Assembly: GCA_964016885.1 (NCBI GenBank)
Contig: OZ024740.1
Location: forward strand, 439,828,001 to 439,892,000
DNA length: 64,000 nt
Source of the DNA: Eledone cirrhosa
Taxonomy: Eukaryota
Reading direction: 5' to 3'
Shown here: in pieces, positions 9,659 to 39,700 of the stretch
Layout of the letters: every line of letters begins with the position of its first letter
Numbering within the stretch: the stretch's first letter is position 1
The notes under the pieces: generated by a model
Told to the model about the DNA's origin: nothing
Databases searched by the model: none
What the model saw: the letters and a program-made list of their open reading frames with translations, nothing else
Made by a program: the position numbers and the translations under genes

Positions 9659-9734
<76 letters not shown>

Positions 9735-9764
9735 CATTTTTATATATATATATATAGATATATA

Positions 9765-9915
9765 TGTGTGATATGCTCTTGTCAGATGACCCTATGATAA
9801 ACAGACGAAATTCCAGAGTATCAAAACTCACTTTTTAACCTTAATATTAACATATGAATAAGATTAAAGCTTTATTTCGCTATTGAGTACTCATTTCTCT
9901 CAGCCGTCAACAATA
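9765..9915 (+). mobile_element. Short microsatellite-flanked element with decayed HHR-like motif
   Basis: tgctct..CAGATGA..acagaCGAAAttcc-agagta (stem I tgctct/agagta, weak stem II); TGAGTACTCA near the 3' end. Confidence 0.45.
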
Positions 9916-9950
9916 CATACACAGACACACAATCGCGCGCGCGCACACAT

Positions 9951-9989
<39 letters not shown>

Positions 9990-10000
9990 GAGAGAGAGAG

Positions 10001-11116
10001 AGTGAAAGATTGAAGAATAACATGGTCGGCTGTACAAGAAGGTTTTATTTTTAGTATTAACAATTGTTTCATAGATCAGGTGAGTCTAAAGGCCGCTGAT
10101 CAGTCGAAGTTGCATCACTCGATCAATTTTCTGTAGGCACAAACCAGCTACCAAGTTGGCAAATTTCAAAGCAGTATGATTCGATCCAGCACTCTCAGAA
10201 TTCAAGCAGGACCACCCGGATTTGAATGTACTGACTACATACCACCCCACTGTTATTAACTGTCAACTGACCAACTGGTCACTAAATCAACATCATAAAA
10301 TCTACTAACCTTTCTTTCACTCTCTCTCCCTAAAGCCACATCACCCTCATTAAGATAAGACAATCAGACTGCTAGACATTTACCACATGTATCATCGTAC
10401 GCCACCCTCTCTCTCTCTCTCTCTCCTGTCCAGTATCTCTTCCCCTCTCATTTAATTTTTAATTTATCTTTTATCTGTCATTAGTTACTTTTTTATTTTC
10501 TACTCTAACTCTGAGATTTGACCACTAGGTATGTATGTATCTAATGTTTCGTTTCATGTTAGTATTATCTCTACCCTCACCACGTTTTTACACATACACT
10601 TACTCACCACCACCACCACCACCACTATTATCAGCAATCGTATTCTCTACTTATTATGTGTTTAACTTATTTTTTATATCTTTATCATCTTCATTCTAAC
10701 TTCTTTATTTCTTTATTATTATCTTTTATTATTGATGTTGTTTTGATTTTTCGTTATATCTATAAATATCAATGCCATATGTAAAACCTCCAGCAGTCCA
10801 ATAATTTGGTCAGAGGTAAACACTGTATTTAAGGTCGAGTGATGCAAGTTCGACTGATTAGCGGTCTTTAGACACACCTGATCAATGAAACATGTGTTAA
10901 TACTAGAAATAAACCATTTTTGTATAACCGCCCATGATATTCTTCAATTTTCACTATTATTACTCCAAGAATAACCTGCATAGGAACACTCGCCAACTCG
11001 CTACCTAATGATGGAAACCTCTTGTTGAGTCAAACAACGCAGTACGTTGAACTATCCACAATACGGAGTACTCAAAACCTCTAACTGGATTAACTATAAC
11101 GATAATTTGTTATCCC
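10001..11116 (+). mobile_element. Older, heavily 5'-truncated PLE with inverted 5' segment
   Basis: 10001-10124 is a diverged reverse complement of 10833-10955. 10126-10179 translates IFCRHKPATKLANFKAV*, matching the C-terminus (TCQHRLRHSFQNFKPYI*) of the 2791-4263 ORF. Flanked by microsatellites. Confidence 0.65.
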
Positions 11117-28479
<17,363 letters not shown>

Positions 28480-28589
28480 ATCTCGCGATTCATGAGACAG
28501 ATGTATATAAAGACACATACGACGTGATTATTTAATCGTGACGTAGAAACCTTCATATCTTAGGTGATAACTTAAACAGTTGCACATGA

Positions 28590-28751
28590 ACGTTGTCGCT
28601 CATCTCGATATCGCCACAGAATCTCCCTAAAATTGTACCCTATCCACCTAAAATAATATGGAGCCACATCATCCTAGTTACAACGAAGAAGCCAGGGTGG
28701 TATTAACTGAAATAATCAGTCGAACTGTAACTGAGCAACCAAAACAACAAC
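28590..28751 (+). mobile_element. Degraded short interspersed repeat with (CAA)n tail
   Basis: Ends in aaaacaacaac. Weak similarity to 32450-32550 (opposite strand) and to the tail at 33380-33490. Confidence 0.3.
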
Positions 28752-29324
28752 CTTAACACCAACCAGGGAATGAAGTTAATATAATTCTCTACACCATTCT
28801 CCAAGAAATAGAAATCTCTCCTCTTTTGTCAATCTAAGAAATTATAGTGGGATTTTTTGAATTAGCATTTTTTTGTCAATGAGTATTTAGAAGGACTGTG
28901 TGATTTTAAGAAAGTGAAGTTGAAAACCTACAAAATTCAAGGAAGGACATGAGCAATTATATCATAAAAGAGTTATTTTAGTCGTTGAAGAAACAGAAAC
29001 AAATCTGTTAAATTACACTTAATATTCATTATTTATTTCTTGGTATCGAACGTATTCATCACATTGTTTCCAACCTGATTACTGATACAGTAACATTGTA
29101 GCAATGTGAGGTCAATAACCAGATCACAAATTATGTGACCAATATATTTGATATGAAATACTCAATAAATGTTAATTATGTAATTTATCAGTTTGATAAA
29201 TGATAAATTTAATTGTTGGTTGTGTTGTTTGAATGGTTAAAGTGACTCTTCCACGAAGAAAATCACTTTAATTTCAACATACAGTCTTAAGTAAAGTCAT
29301 TATATAACATGTGGTGTGGTAAAA

Positions 29325-29721
29325 AAATATAGACATATACACCAGGTCCCAACACAAAGGAACCAAACTCCCACTGTCACTGCCTCTGTCTCTCCCCATC
29401 TCTCAATATGGTGTGAGTGTGTGTCTGTGAAATATAGACATATACACCAGGTCCCAACACAAAGGAGTCAACCTCCCACTGTCACTGCCTCTGTCTCTCC
29501 CCACCTCTCCACTATGGTGTGAGTGTGTGTCTGTGAAATATAGACATATACATCAGGTCCCAACACAAAGGAACCAAACTCCCACTGTCACTGCCTCTGT
29601 CTCTCCCCATCTCTTACTATGGTGTGAGTGTGTGTCTGTGAAATATAGACATATACACCAGGTCCCAACACAAAGGAACCGAACTCCCACTGTCACTGCC
29701 TCTGTCTCTCCCCATCTCTCA
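29325..29721 (+). repeat. 105-106 bp minisatellite, about 3.7 copies
   Basis: AGACATATAC starts at 29331, 29436, 29542 and 29647. Confidence 0.92.
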
Positions 29722-31252
29722 GTCTCATGCTATTCTCCGCAGTAACACCTTTACCATTTTGATCTCCCTCCTACTCTCTAATTCTTTCGTTCTTTGATTC
29801 TTTCTTCTTTTTATTTCCTTTTGCTTTTGTTCCTTTTAATAGTTTGTTTCGATTGATTATCTTTTAATCAGAAATTGATGAGGTTTTGAGAAATTATAGT
29901 TGCAATCTTTTGTTGTTTTTGTATATGAATTCCTTTTGTTTGAAATCCTTAAAATATTTACATTTTCTGAAAATGTAATCTGTTGTTTCGGTTTCAATTG
30001 ATGATGTGACCCTAAAATCCAATGAATTTACCTCGAACAGAAATTACTTACCTCTTCTTTAGCATCACAGATTTATTTAAATATATGTTTGTATGTTTTA
30101 ATGCGATTTTTCTCATAGTTTACTGGGATTATTTAAAGTTTTATTTCAAACTATTTTGTAGATCTTCATTATATTAATGATATCAATACTTTTGTCAGTT
30201 ATATCCATCATTATATCTTTCTATTATATCTTTCTCTTTTATCTTATTATCTTTTAATTATTTTAGTTTTCTAATGTTTCTGTTATTAATATAAGTTTAT
30301 TCCCCTCATTAATCAACTTCGCCTTTATTTATTTTTTTTAGTGGTTCATTCACACTCGATAATTTATTTTCTCAAAAACAAAATATTATTAAAATGTTTT
30401 TAACAATTCACAGACATTTGGGCTCTTAAAGTATTTTCTACCAAACTCTCTTATTCAATTTTGCATTTCATTTCTTTTTCTCATAACCTTTATCTCTCTC
30501 TATCTGATCATCCTTTTCACTATCTATTTAACTCTCTGTGTATCTATCTATCTCTATCTATCTGTATATCTCTTTCACGTACAGTCATCACTTTCTTCAT
30601 CTTTCCTTCTTGTCTCTTTCTTTTCTATCCCTATATCTCACTCTCTTCCTCTCTTTTTGTCTCTTTCCCTTGATAATTCCGACGTTTTCTCCTCTTCTAC
30701 AACTTCAATTTTATAATGTTACTCACGTATTATTTACGACAGAAGATTTTTCCTGCGAAAGTTTTTTCTCTCGTCTTTTTTTCTTTTTCAATTTTTTCTG
30801 GACTGAAGAGAATAAATGAAAGGAGAGAGTGTGATTGAGAGAGGAAGAGAGATATGAAGATAGCAGTTTTGTTTACATCGAGATGTGTGTGAAATTCTTT
30901 CCTGCAATGTCAGAATACTGTTAACTTGAGGCAATACCACTGCGGAATTCACTGTTAATATCAACATGCCAATGTGCTTGAATTGCCTGGAGATAAATAA
31001 CCATAACTAACTCCAGGAGGCAAACAGAGAAAAGAAACTGATGGTGAAAAGGCGGAAAGGAAGAGATAGAAGTTCTGCAACAATACTAGCAACGCCACAT
31101 GTTGATATCAACACACGGGAATTCAGATCCACTCTGAATATGGTTCTTTCATAATCTTGGCCAACAAATAAAGTTATACGACTGCAGTTTCCATCGGAGA
31201 TATCGAAAAATGTGACGTGGCTTCCAAAGAATATCAGATAAAGTTTCACAGA

Positions 31253-31334
31253 CTTTCTTTTTTCTTTTTTCTTTTTTCTTTTTTCTTTTTTCTTTTTTCT
31301 TTTTTCTTTTTTCTTTTTTCTTTTTTCTTTTTTC
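31253..31334 (+). repeat. (T5-6 C)n pyrimidine microsatellite
   Basis: Directly visible. Confidence 0.9.
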
Positions 31335-31374
31335 TAGTAAATAAGACGAAATAGCATTCCATAATAATGTTTAA

Positions 31375-31797
31375 TTAGATAGAATAGTTAAAGTGATGGA
31401 CAACAATCCTTGTTCAGAGTTCAAACACAGCCTGGGTCAACTTTATCTTTAATTATACCGTGGTTGATAAAATAAAAAAATTAGTCATTAACTGGGGCCT
31501 ATGCACCAACAAGTCTGATGGCAGAGGATTTGAAGAAAAGTTAAAATGTTGCACTAAATATTTATTGTTTCGGTTCTTTAAATTCTGATTTGAAATCCTG
31601 CCGGGAATGGATACATCAAGTACCAGTAAAATACTGAGGTTGGTATAAACTACTACTCCGTCTACTCCACCCCAAGTTTTGGTCATTCTTATTGTTGAAA
31701 TGAAACGTTGCGAATTGGAGTCGGTAGATTGTCGGATAAAGTATTTTGTGGTATGAGTTACGGCTCTCAGCTCAAATCCCGTTGAGGTCAACTTTGG
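31375..31797 (+). mobile_element. Cluster of about three degraded or truncated Meta-like SINE copies
   Basis: gagttcaaacac..gggtcaacttt..gttgataaaata (31417-31475); tttgaaatcctgccggga..aagtaccagtaaaatactg (31589-31637); gcgaattgg..ctcaaatcccgttgaggtcaactttg (31710-31796). Confidence 0.55.
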
Positions 31798-33589
31798 TGG
31801 CGGTGGTGGTAGTAGTAGTAATAGTGGTAGTCGTAGTAGTAATAGTAGTAGAGTAGTGTTGGTGTTAGTGGTAGTAGTTAGAACTTAATGTTTTTCGTCT
31901 TACCACTTCCAAGATGGCACCAAATTGTCACGTGATCACACTATTATAATGACAAGTACATGTGTCTAATGTCACTCCCGTAAACTGTGTGGCCTTGTGT
32001 TGTGACTGAAATACTTATTACAGTAATTTAAATAGAAGTATTTTGTCATAGAATTCCTTAAAATAGGTTTTACTGATTTCAATCATTAGACTGCGACCAT
32101 GCTGGGGCAACTCCCTGCAGGGATTTAGTCAATCAGAATTGTTTCTACGTTAGGCACTTCTTCTCTTCTTCTTCTTCTTGAGAGGTTCATGGTGGAAGAG
32201 TCCTCAAACACTAGTTTCCCTGCGTGTTGTAATGGTTCCGACACGTTGCTACACAGACACTGGTTCCAAGTTGTGTTGTCACGTAAACAGGAACGGTTAC
32301 ATGGGGAAAGGAAACCTGCACACATGAGTAAAAACAGGTCTTCTTTAAAATAAACGAAATTTTCAGGTGTAGATCTATCGTCAGACATACAGAAGCCCCT
32401 CACTTCGCATAACTCTTAGGACTATATTTTTTCATATGTTCTTCCCTTTCTTAAGACGGTTCAAAGTTATTTCAAGGAGATTTGACTGCTATTTCAAGCA
32501 GGTCAAACAACCACACTAAGGCGCACTTGTTGATGTTGTTGATGTTGTTTTGGTATTTATGTTGCTACTTCTACTGAAGAAAAACAGTCAGTATTTGATC
32601 TACAAAAGTAGCAAGGAAACAACGAGCTGTAAGTTAAAGCTGATATCTCAAAAATAAGAAAACGTGTTGAGACTAGGAGAACCCCAATAGATAAAATTAG
32701 GACTAAAGATGGTTCTGCCCTGTTCCACATCTAACAGGGAGTTGGTACGGTGGTGCAGAATGAAGAGAACGTTAGTAGAGTGTTTTCACCGACGTTGGTG
32801 AGGAAAATAAGAGTAGTATTGTTTTTACTTACCACGTACTCATGGAGAAAAAAGGAGTACTCATCACTGAATATTCGTTTAGGGCCATTGTGACTGGTAT
32901 AAAGAAAGGAGGAAAGAACTCTCTATTCGGAGACTTGGGTCGAATGCTTCTAAAATAGCATACATCGATAAATGCTTTCAAGGATCAGAAGATTGTGTTA
33001 ACCCTTTCTTTCTCCAGGAACTCAGAACATAAAAATAGGGAACAAATACCACAAAAATAACGTTCTAAAACCCTGCTAATCGAACTCGCCAGGGAAGATA
33101 TTTTATTTTATTGACATAGAAAGAATGACAACAGGATTTTAACTCAGGTTGTCAGGATAAATAACACAAGCCATTTTATCCTACTCAATAAGGACTGTAC
33201 CAACACACTGCCTGATACTAACCCCAGCAACGATATCAGCAATGATTATAACTGGGGTATATGTAGAGGTGGGAGTTAGCAGTAATACCAATACTAACAT
33301 TAGCAATAATTTTTAATATAAACAATAACTATAATGAATTAACTGAATGAAGCAACAGAGGGAACGAGATGACACCATTCAGGATTTCTAACTTATGCCC
33401 TTTCATCAGGGGTCTACTCAATCATGCTTGACCTTTGGCAAAACAACAACAACATCATCAACAACAACAACATCAGTAACAACAACAACAGCATTAATAA
33501 AGGAGACCACTGGTACATGTGTCAACAACGTGGTTCAACTCATATACTGTTATCTTGAAATATGAAGGACACGTTAAATAATGGCCCTT

Positions 33590-33733
33590 GGAGTTCAAAT
33601 CCAACCGAGGTTAGCTTTTCCTGTCATATTTAGGTGGTAGATGAAATAAAGTATTAGTTACTAAGTGGGGTCGATTTAATCGTATTTCCTTCCAAATAAA
33701 GAATTATTGGCCTTGTGCCTGAATCAGAAACCA
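33590..33733 (+). mobile_element. Meta-like SINE (diverged), just upstream of the 28-bp satellite
   Basis: GAGTTCAAATCC..gaggttagctttt..gatgaaataaagta..ggggtcgatttaatc..ggccttgtgcc..agaaacc. Confidence 0.65.
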
Positions 33734-33760
33734 TTGTATATAGAAACCCCTTATACTTAC

Positions 33761-36700
33761 ATAACACCAGTTGTTTAACATCTATATAATAAACACCAGT
33801 TGACATTTATATAATAACACATGTCTGACATCTATATAATAACACCACATGTCTGACATCTATATAATAACACCACATGTCTGACATCTATATAATAACA
33901 CCACAAGACTGACATCTATACAATAACACCACATGTCAGACATCTATATAATAACACCACATGTCTGACATCTATATAATAACACCACATGTCTGACATC
34001 TATATAATATCACCATATGTCTGACATCTATATAATAACACCACATGTTTGACATCTTTATAATAACACCACATGTCTGACATCTATACAATAACACCGT
34101 ATGTCTGACATCTATACAATAACACCGTATGTCTGACATCTATATAATAACACCCCATGTCTGACATCTATACAATAACACAACATGTCTGACATCTATA
34201 TAATAACACCACAAGTCTGACATCTGTATAATAACACGACAAGTCTGACATCTATATAATAACACCACATGTCTGACATCTATATAATAACACCACATGT
34301 CTGACATCTATATAATAACACCATACGTCTGACATCTATATAATAACACCACAAGTCTGACATCTATACAATAATACCACATGTCTGACATCTATATAAT
34401 AACACCTGTTGTCTGACATCTATATAATAACACCACAAGTCTGACATCTATACAATAACACAACATGTCTGACATCTATATAATAACACCACATGTCTGA
34501 CATCCATATAATAACACCACATGTCTGACATCTATACAATAACACCACATGTCTGACATCTTTATAATAACACCACAAGTCTGACATCTATATAATAACA
34601 CCACAAGTCTGACATCTATATAATAACACCACATGTCTGACATCTATACAATAACACCACATGTCTGACATCTATATAATAACACCACAAGTCTGACATC
34701 TATATAATAACACCGCATGTGTGACAACTATATAATAAGAGCACATGTCTGACATCTATATAATAGCATCAGATGTCTGATATCTATACAATAACACCAC
34801 ATGTCTGACATCTATATAATAACACCACAAGTCTGACATCTATATAATAACACCACAAGTGACATCTATATAATAACACCGCATGTCTGACAACTATATA
34901 ATAACAGCACATGTCTGACATCTATATAATAGCATCACATGTCTGACATCTATACAATAACACCACATGTCTTACATCTATATAATAACACCACAAGTCT
35001 GACATCTATACAATAATACCACATGTCTGACATCTATATAATAACACCACATGTCTGACATATATATAATAACACCACATGTGACATCTATATAATAACA
35101 CCACATGTCTGACATCTATAAATTAACACCACATGTCTGACATCTATATAATAAGACCACAAGTCTGACATCTATATAATAACACCACAAGTCTGACATC
35201 TATATAATAACACCACAAGTCTGACATCTATATAATAACACCACATGTCTGACATATATATAATAGCACCACAATTCTGACATCTCCATAACAACACCAC
35301 ATGTATGACATCTATATAATAACACCATATGTATGACATCTATATAATAACACGACATGTCTGACATCTATATAATAACCCCAGATGTCTGACATCTATA
35401 TAATAACACAACATGTCTGACATCTATATAATAACACCACAAGTCTGACATCTATATAATAACACCATATGTCTGACATCTATATAATAACACCACATAT
35501 GACATCTATATAATAACACCACATGTCTGACATCTATATAACAACACCACATGTCTGACATCTATATAATAACACCACAAGTCTGACATCTATATAATAA
35601 CACCACAAGTCTGACATCTATACAATAACACAACATGTCTGACATCTATATAATAACACCACATGTCTGACATCCATATAATAACACCACATGTCTGACA
35701 TCTATACAATAACACCACATGTCTGACATCTATATAATAACACCACAAGTCTGACATCTATATAATAACACCACAAGTGTGACATCTATATAATAACACC
35801 ACATGTCTGACATCTATACAATAACACCACATGTCTGACATCTATATAATAACACCACAAGTCTGACATCTATATAATAACACCGCATGTCTGACAACTA
35901 TATAATAAGAGCACATGTCTGACATCTATATAATAGCATCAGATGTCTGATATCTATACAATAACACCACATGTCTGACATCTATATAATAACACCACAA
36001 GTCTGACATCTATATAATAATACCACATGTCTGACATCTATATAATAACACCACATGTCTGACATATATATAATAACACCACATGTGACATCTATATAAT
36101 AACACCACATGTCTGACATCTATAAATTAACACCACATGTCTAACATCTATATAATAAGACCACAAGTCTGACATCTATATAATAACACCACAAGTCTGA
36201 CATCTATATAATAACACTACAAGTCTGACATCTATATAATAACACCACATGTCTGACATATATATAATAGCACCACAATTCTGACATCTACATAAGAACA
36301 CCACATGTATGACATCTATATAATAACACCACATGTATGACATCTATATAATAACACAACATGTCTGACATCTATATAATAACCCCAGATGTCTGACATC
36401 TATATAATAACACAGCATGTCTGACATCTATATAATAACACCACATGTGACATCTATATAATAACACCACATGTCTGACATCTATATAACGACACCACAT
36501 GTCTGACATCTATATAATAACACCACATGTCTGACATCTATATAATAACACCACAAGTCTGACATCTATATAATAACACCACAAGTCTGAGATCTATACA
36601 ATAATACCAGATGTCTGACATATATATAATAACACCAGATGTCTGACATCTATATAATAACACCACATGTGACATCTATATAATAACACCACATGTCTGA

Positions 36701-39700
36701 CATCTATAAATTAACACCACATGTCTGACATATATATAATAATACCAGATGTCTGACATCTATATAATAACACCACATGTCTGACATCTATACAATAACA
36801 CCACAAGTCTGACATCTATACAATAATACCACATGTCTGACATCTATATAATAACACCAGTTGTCTGACATCTATGTAATAACACCACAAGTCTGACATC
36901 TATACAATAACACATGTCTGACATCTATATAATTACACCACAAGTCTGACTTCTATATAATAACACCACATGTCTGACATCTATATAATAACAGCACATG
37001 TCTGACATCTATATAATAGCACCACATGTCTGATATTTATACAATAACACCACATGTCTGACATCTATATAATAACACCACAAGTCTGACATCTATATAA
37101 TAACACCACAAGTATATATTAACACCACATGCCTGCCATCTATATAATAACACCAGTTGTCTGGCATCTATATAATTACACCACAAATCTGACTTCTATA
37201 TAATAACACCACATGTCTGACATCTATATAATAACAGCACATGTCTGACATCTATATAATAGCACCACATGTCTGATATTTATACAATAACACCACATGT
37301 CTGACATCTATATAATAACACCACAAGTCTGACATCTATATAATAACACCACAAGTCTGACATCTATACAATAATACCACATGTCTGACATCTATACAAT
37401 AATACCACATGTCTGACATCTATACAATAATACCACATGTCTGACATCTATATAATAACACCACAAGTATGACATCTATATAATAACACCACATGTCTGA
37501 CATCTATATAATAACACCGCATGTGACATCTATATAATAACACCACATGTCTGACAACTATAAATTAACACCACATGTCTGACATCTATATAATAACACC
37601 ACAAGTCTGACTTCTATATAATAACACCACAAGTCTGACATCTATATAATAACACCACAAGTCTGACATCTATATAATAACACCACATGTCTGATATCTA
37701 TATAATAACACCACAATTCTGACATCTATATAATAACACCACATGTCTGACATCTATATAATAACACCACATGCATGACATCTATATAATAACACATGTC
37801 TGACATCTATATAATAACACCATATGTCTGACATCTATATAATAACACCACATGTGACATCTATATAATAACACCACACGCCTGACATCTATATAATAAC
37901 ACCATATGTCTGACATCTATATAATAACACCAGAAGTCTGACATCTATTTAATAACACCACAAGTCTGACATATATACAATAATATCACATGTCTGACAT
38001 CTATATAATAACACCAGATGTCTGACATCTATATAATAACACCACATGTGACATATATATAATAACACCACATGTCTGACATCTATATAATAACACCACA
38101 TGTCTGGCATCTATATAATAACACCACAAGTCTGACATCTATATAATAACACCACAAGTCTGACATCTATACAATAACACAACAGGTCTGACATCTATAT
38201 AATAACACCACATGTCTGACATCCATATAATAACACCACATGTCTGACATCTATACAATAACACCACATGTCTGACATCTATATAATAACACCACAAGTC
38301 TGACATCTATATAATAACACCACAAGTGTGACATCTATATAATAACACCACATGTCTGACATCTATACAATAACACCACATGTCTGACATCTATATAATA
38401 ACACCACAAGTCTGACATCTATATAATAACACCGCATGTCTGACAACTATATAATAAGAGCACATGTCTGACATCTATATAATAGCATCAGATGTCTGAT
38501 ATCTATACAATAACACCACATGTCTGACATCTATATAATAACACCACAAGTCTGACATCTATATAATAATACCACATGTCTGACATCTATATAATAACAC
38601 CACATGTCTGACATATATATAATAACACCACATGTGACATCTATATAATAACACCACATGTCTGACATCTATAAATTAACACCACATGTCTAACATCTAT
38701 ATAATAAGACCACAAGTCTGACATCTATATAATAACACCACAAGTCTGACATCTATATAATAACACTACAAGTCTGACATCTATATAATAACACCACATG
38801 TCTGACATATATATAATAGCACCACAATTCTGACATCTACATAAGAACACCACATGTATGACATCTATATAATAACACCACATGTATGACATCTATATAA
38901 TAACACAACATGTCTGACATCTATATAATAACCCCAGATGTCTGACATCTATATAATAACACAGCATGTCTGACATCTATATAATAACACCACATGTGAC
39001 ATCTATATAATAACACCACATGTCTGACATCTATATAACGACACCACATGTCTGACATCTATATAATAACACCACATGTCTGACATCTATATAATAACAC
39101 CACAAGTCTGACATCTATATAATAACACCACAAGTCTGAGATCTATACAATAATACCAGATGTCTGACATATATATAATAACACCAGATGTCTGACATCT
39201 ATATAATAACACCACATGTGACATCTATATAATAACACCACATGTCTGACATCTATAAATTAACACCACATGTCTGACATATATATAATAATACCAGATG
39301 TCTGACATCTATATAATAACACCACATGTCTGACATCTATACAATAACACCACAAGTCTGACATCTATACAATAATACCACATGTCTGACATCTATATAA
39401 TAACACCAGTTGTCTGACATCTATGTAATAACACCACAAGTCTGACATCTATACAATAACACATGTCTGACATCTATATAATTACACCACAAGTCTGACT
39501 TCTATATAATAACACCACATGTCTGACATCTATATAATAACAGCACATGTCTGATATTTATACAATAACACCACATGTCTGACATCTATATAATAACACC
39601 ACAAGTCTGACATCTATATAATAACACCACAAGTATATATTAACACCACATGCCTGCCATCTATATAATAACACCAGTTGTCTGGCATCTATATAATTAC

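Noticed and set aside
10824-10905. Hammerhead in the second PLE
   Set aside because: GAAAC-palindrome-GT and a possible stem I (gtatt/aatac) are present, but no CTGANGA core is correctly placed. Too decayed to call.
30802-30825. CTGAAGA...GAAA hammerhead-like words
   Set aside because: No stem II or stem I pairing. The same applies to the minus-strand CTGATGA at ~33403.
31007-31249. 80-aa minus-strand ORF as a host gene
   Set aside because: Non-ATG start, no recognisable domain and no clear splice sites.
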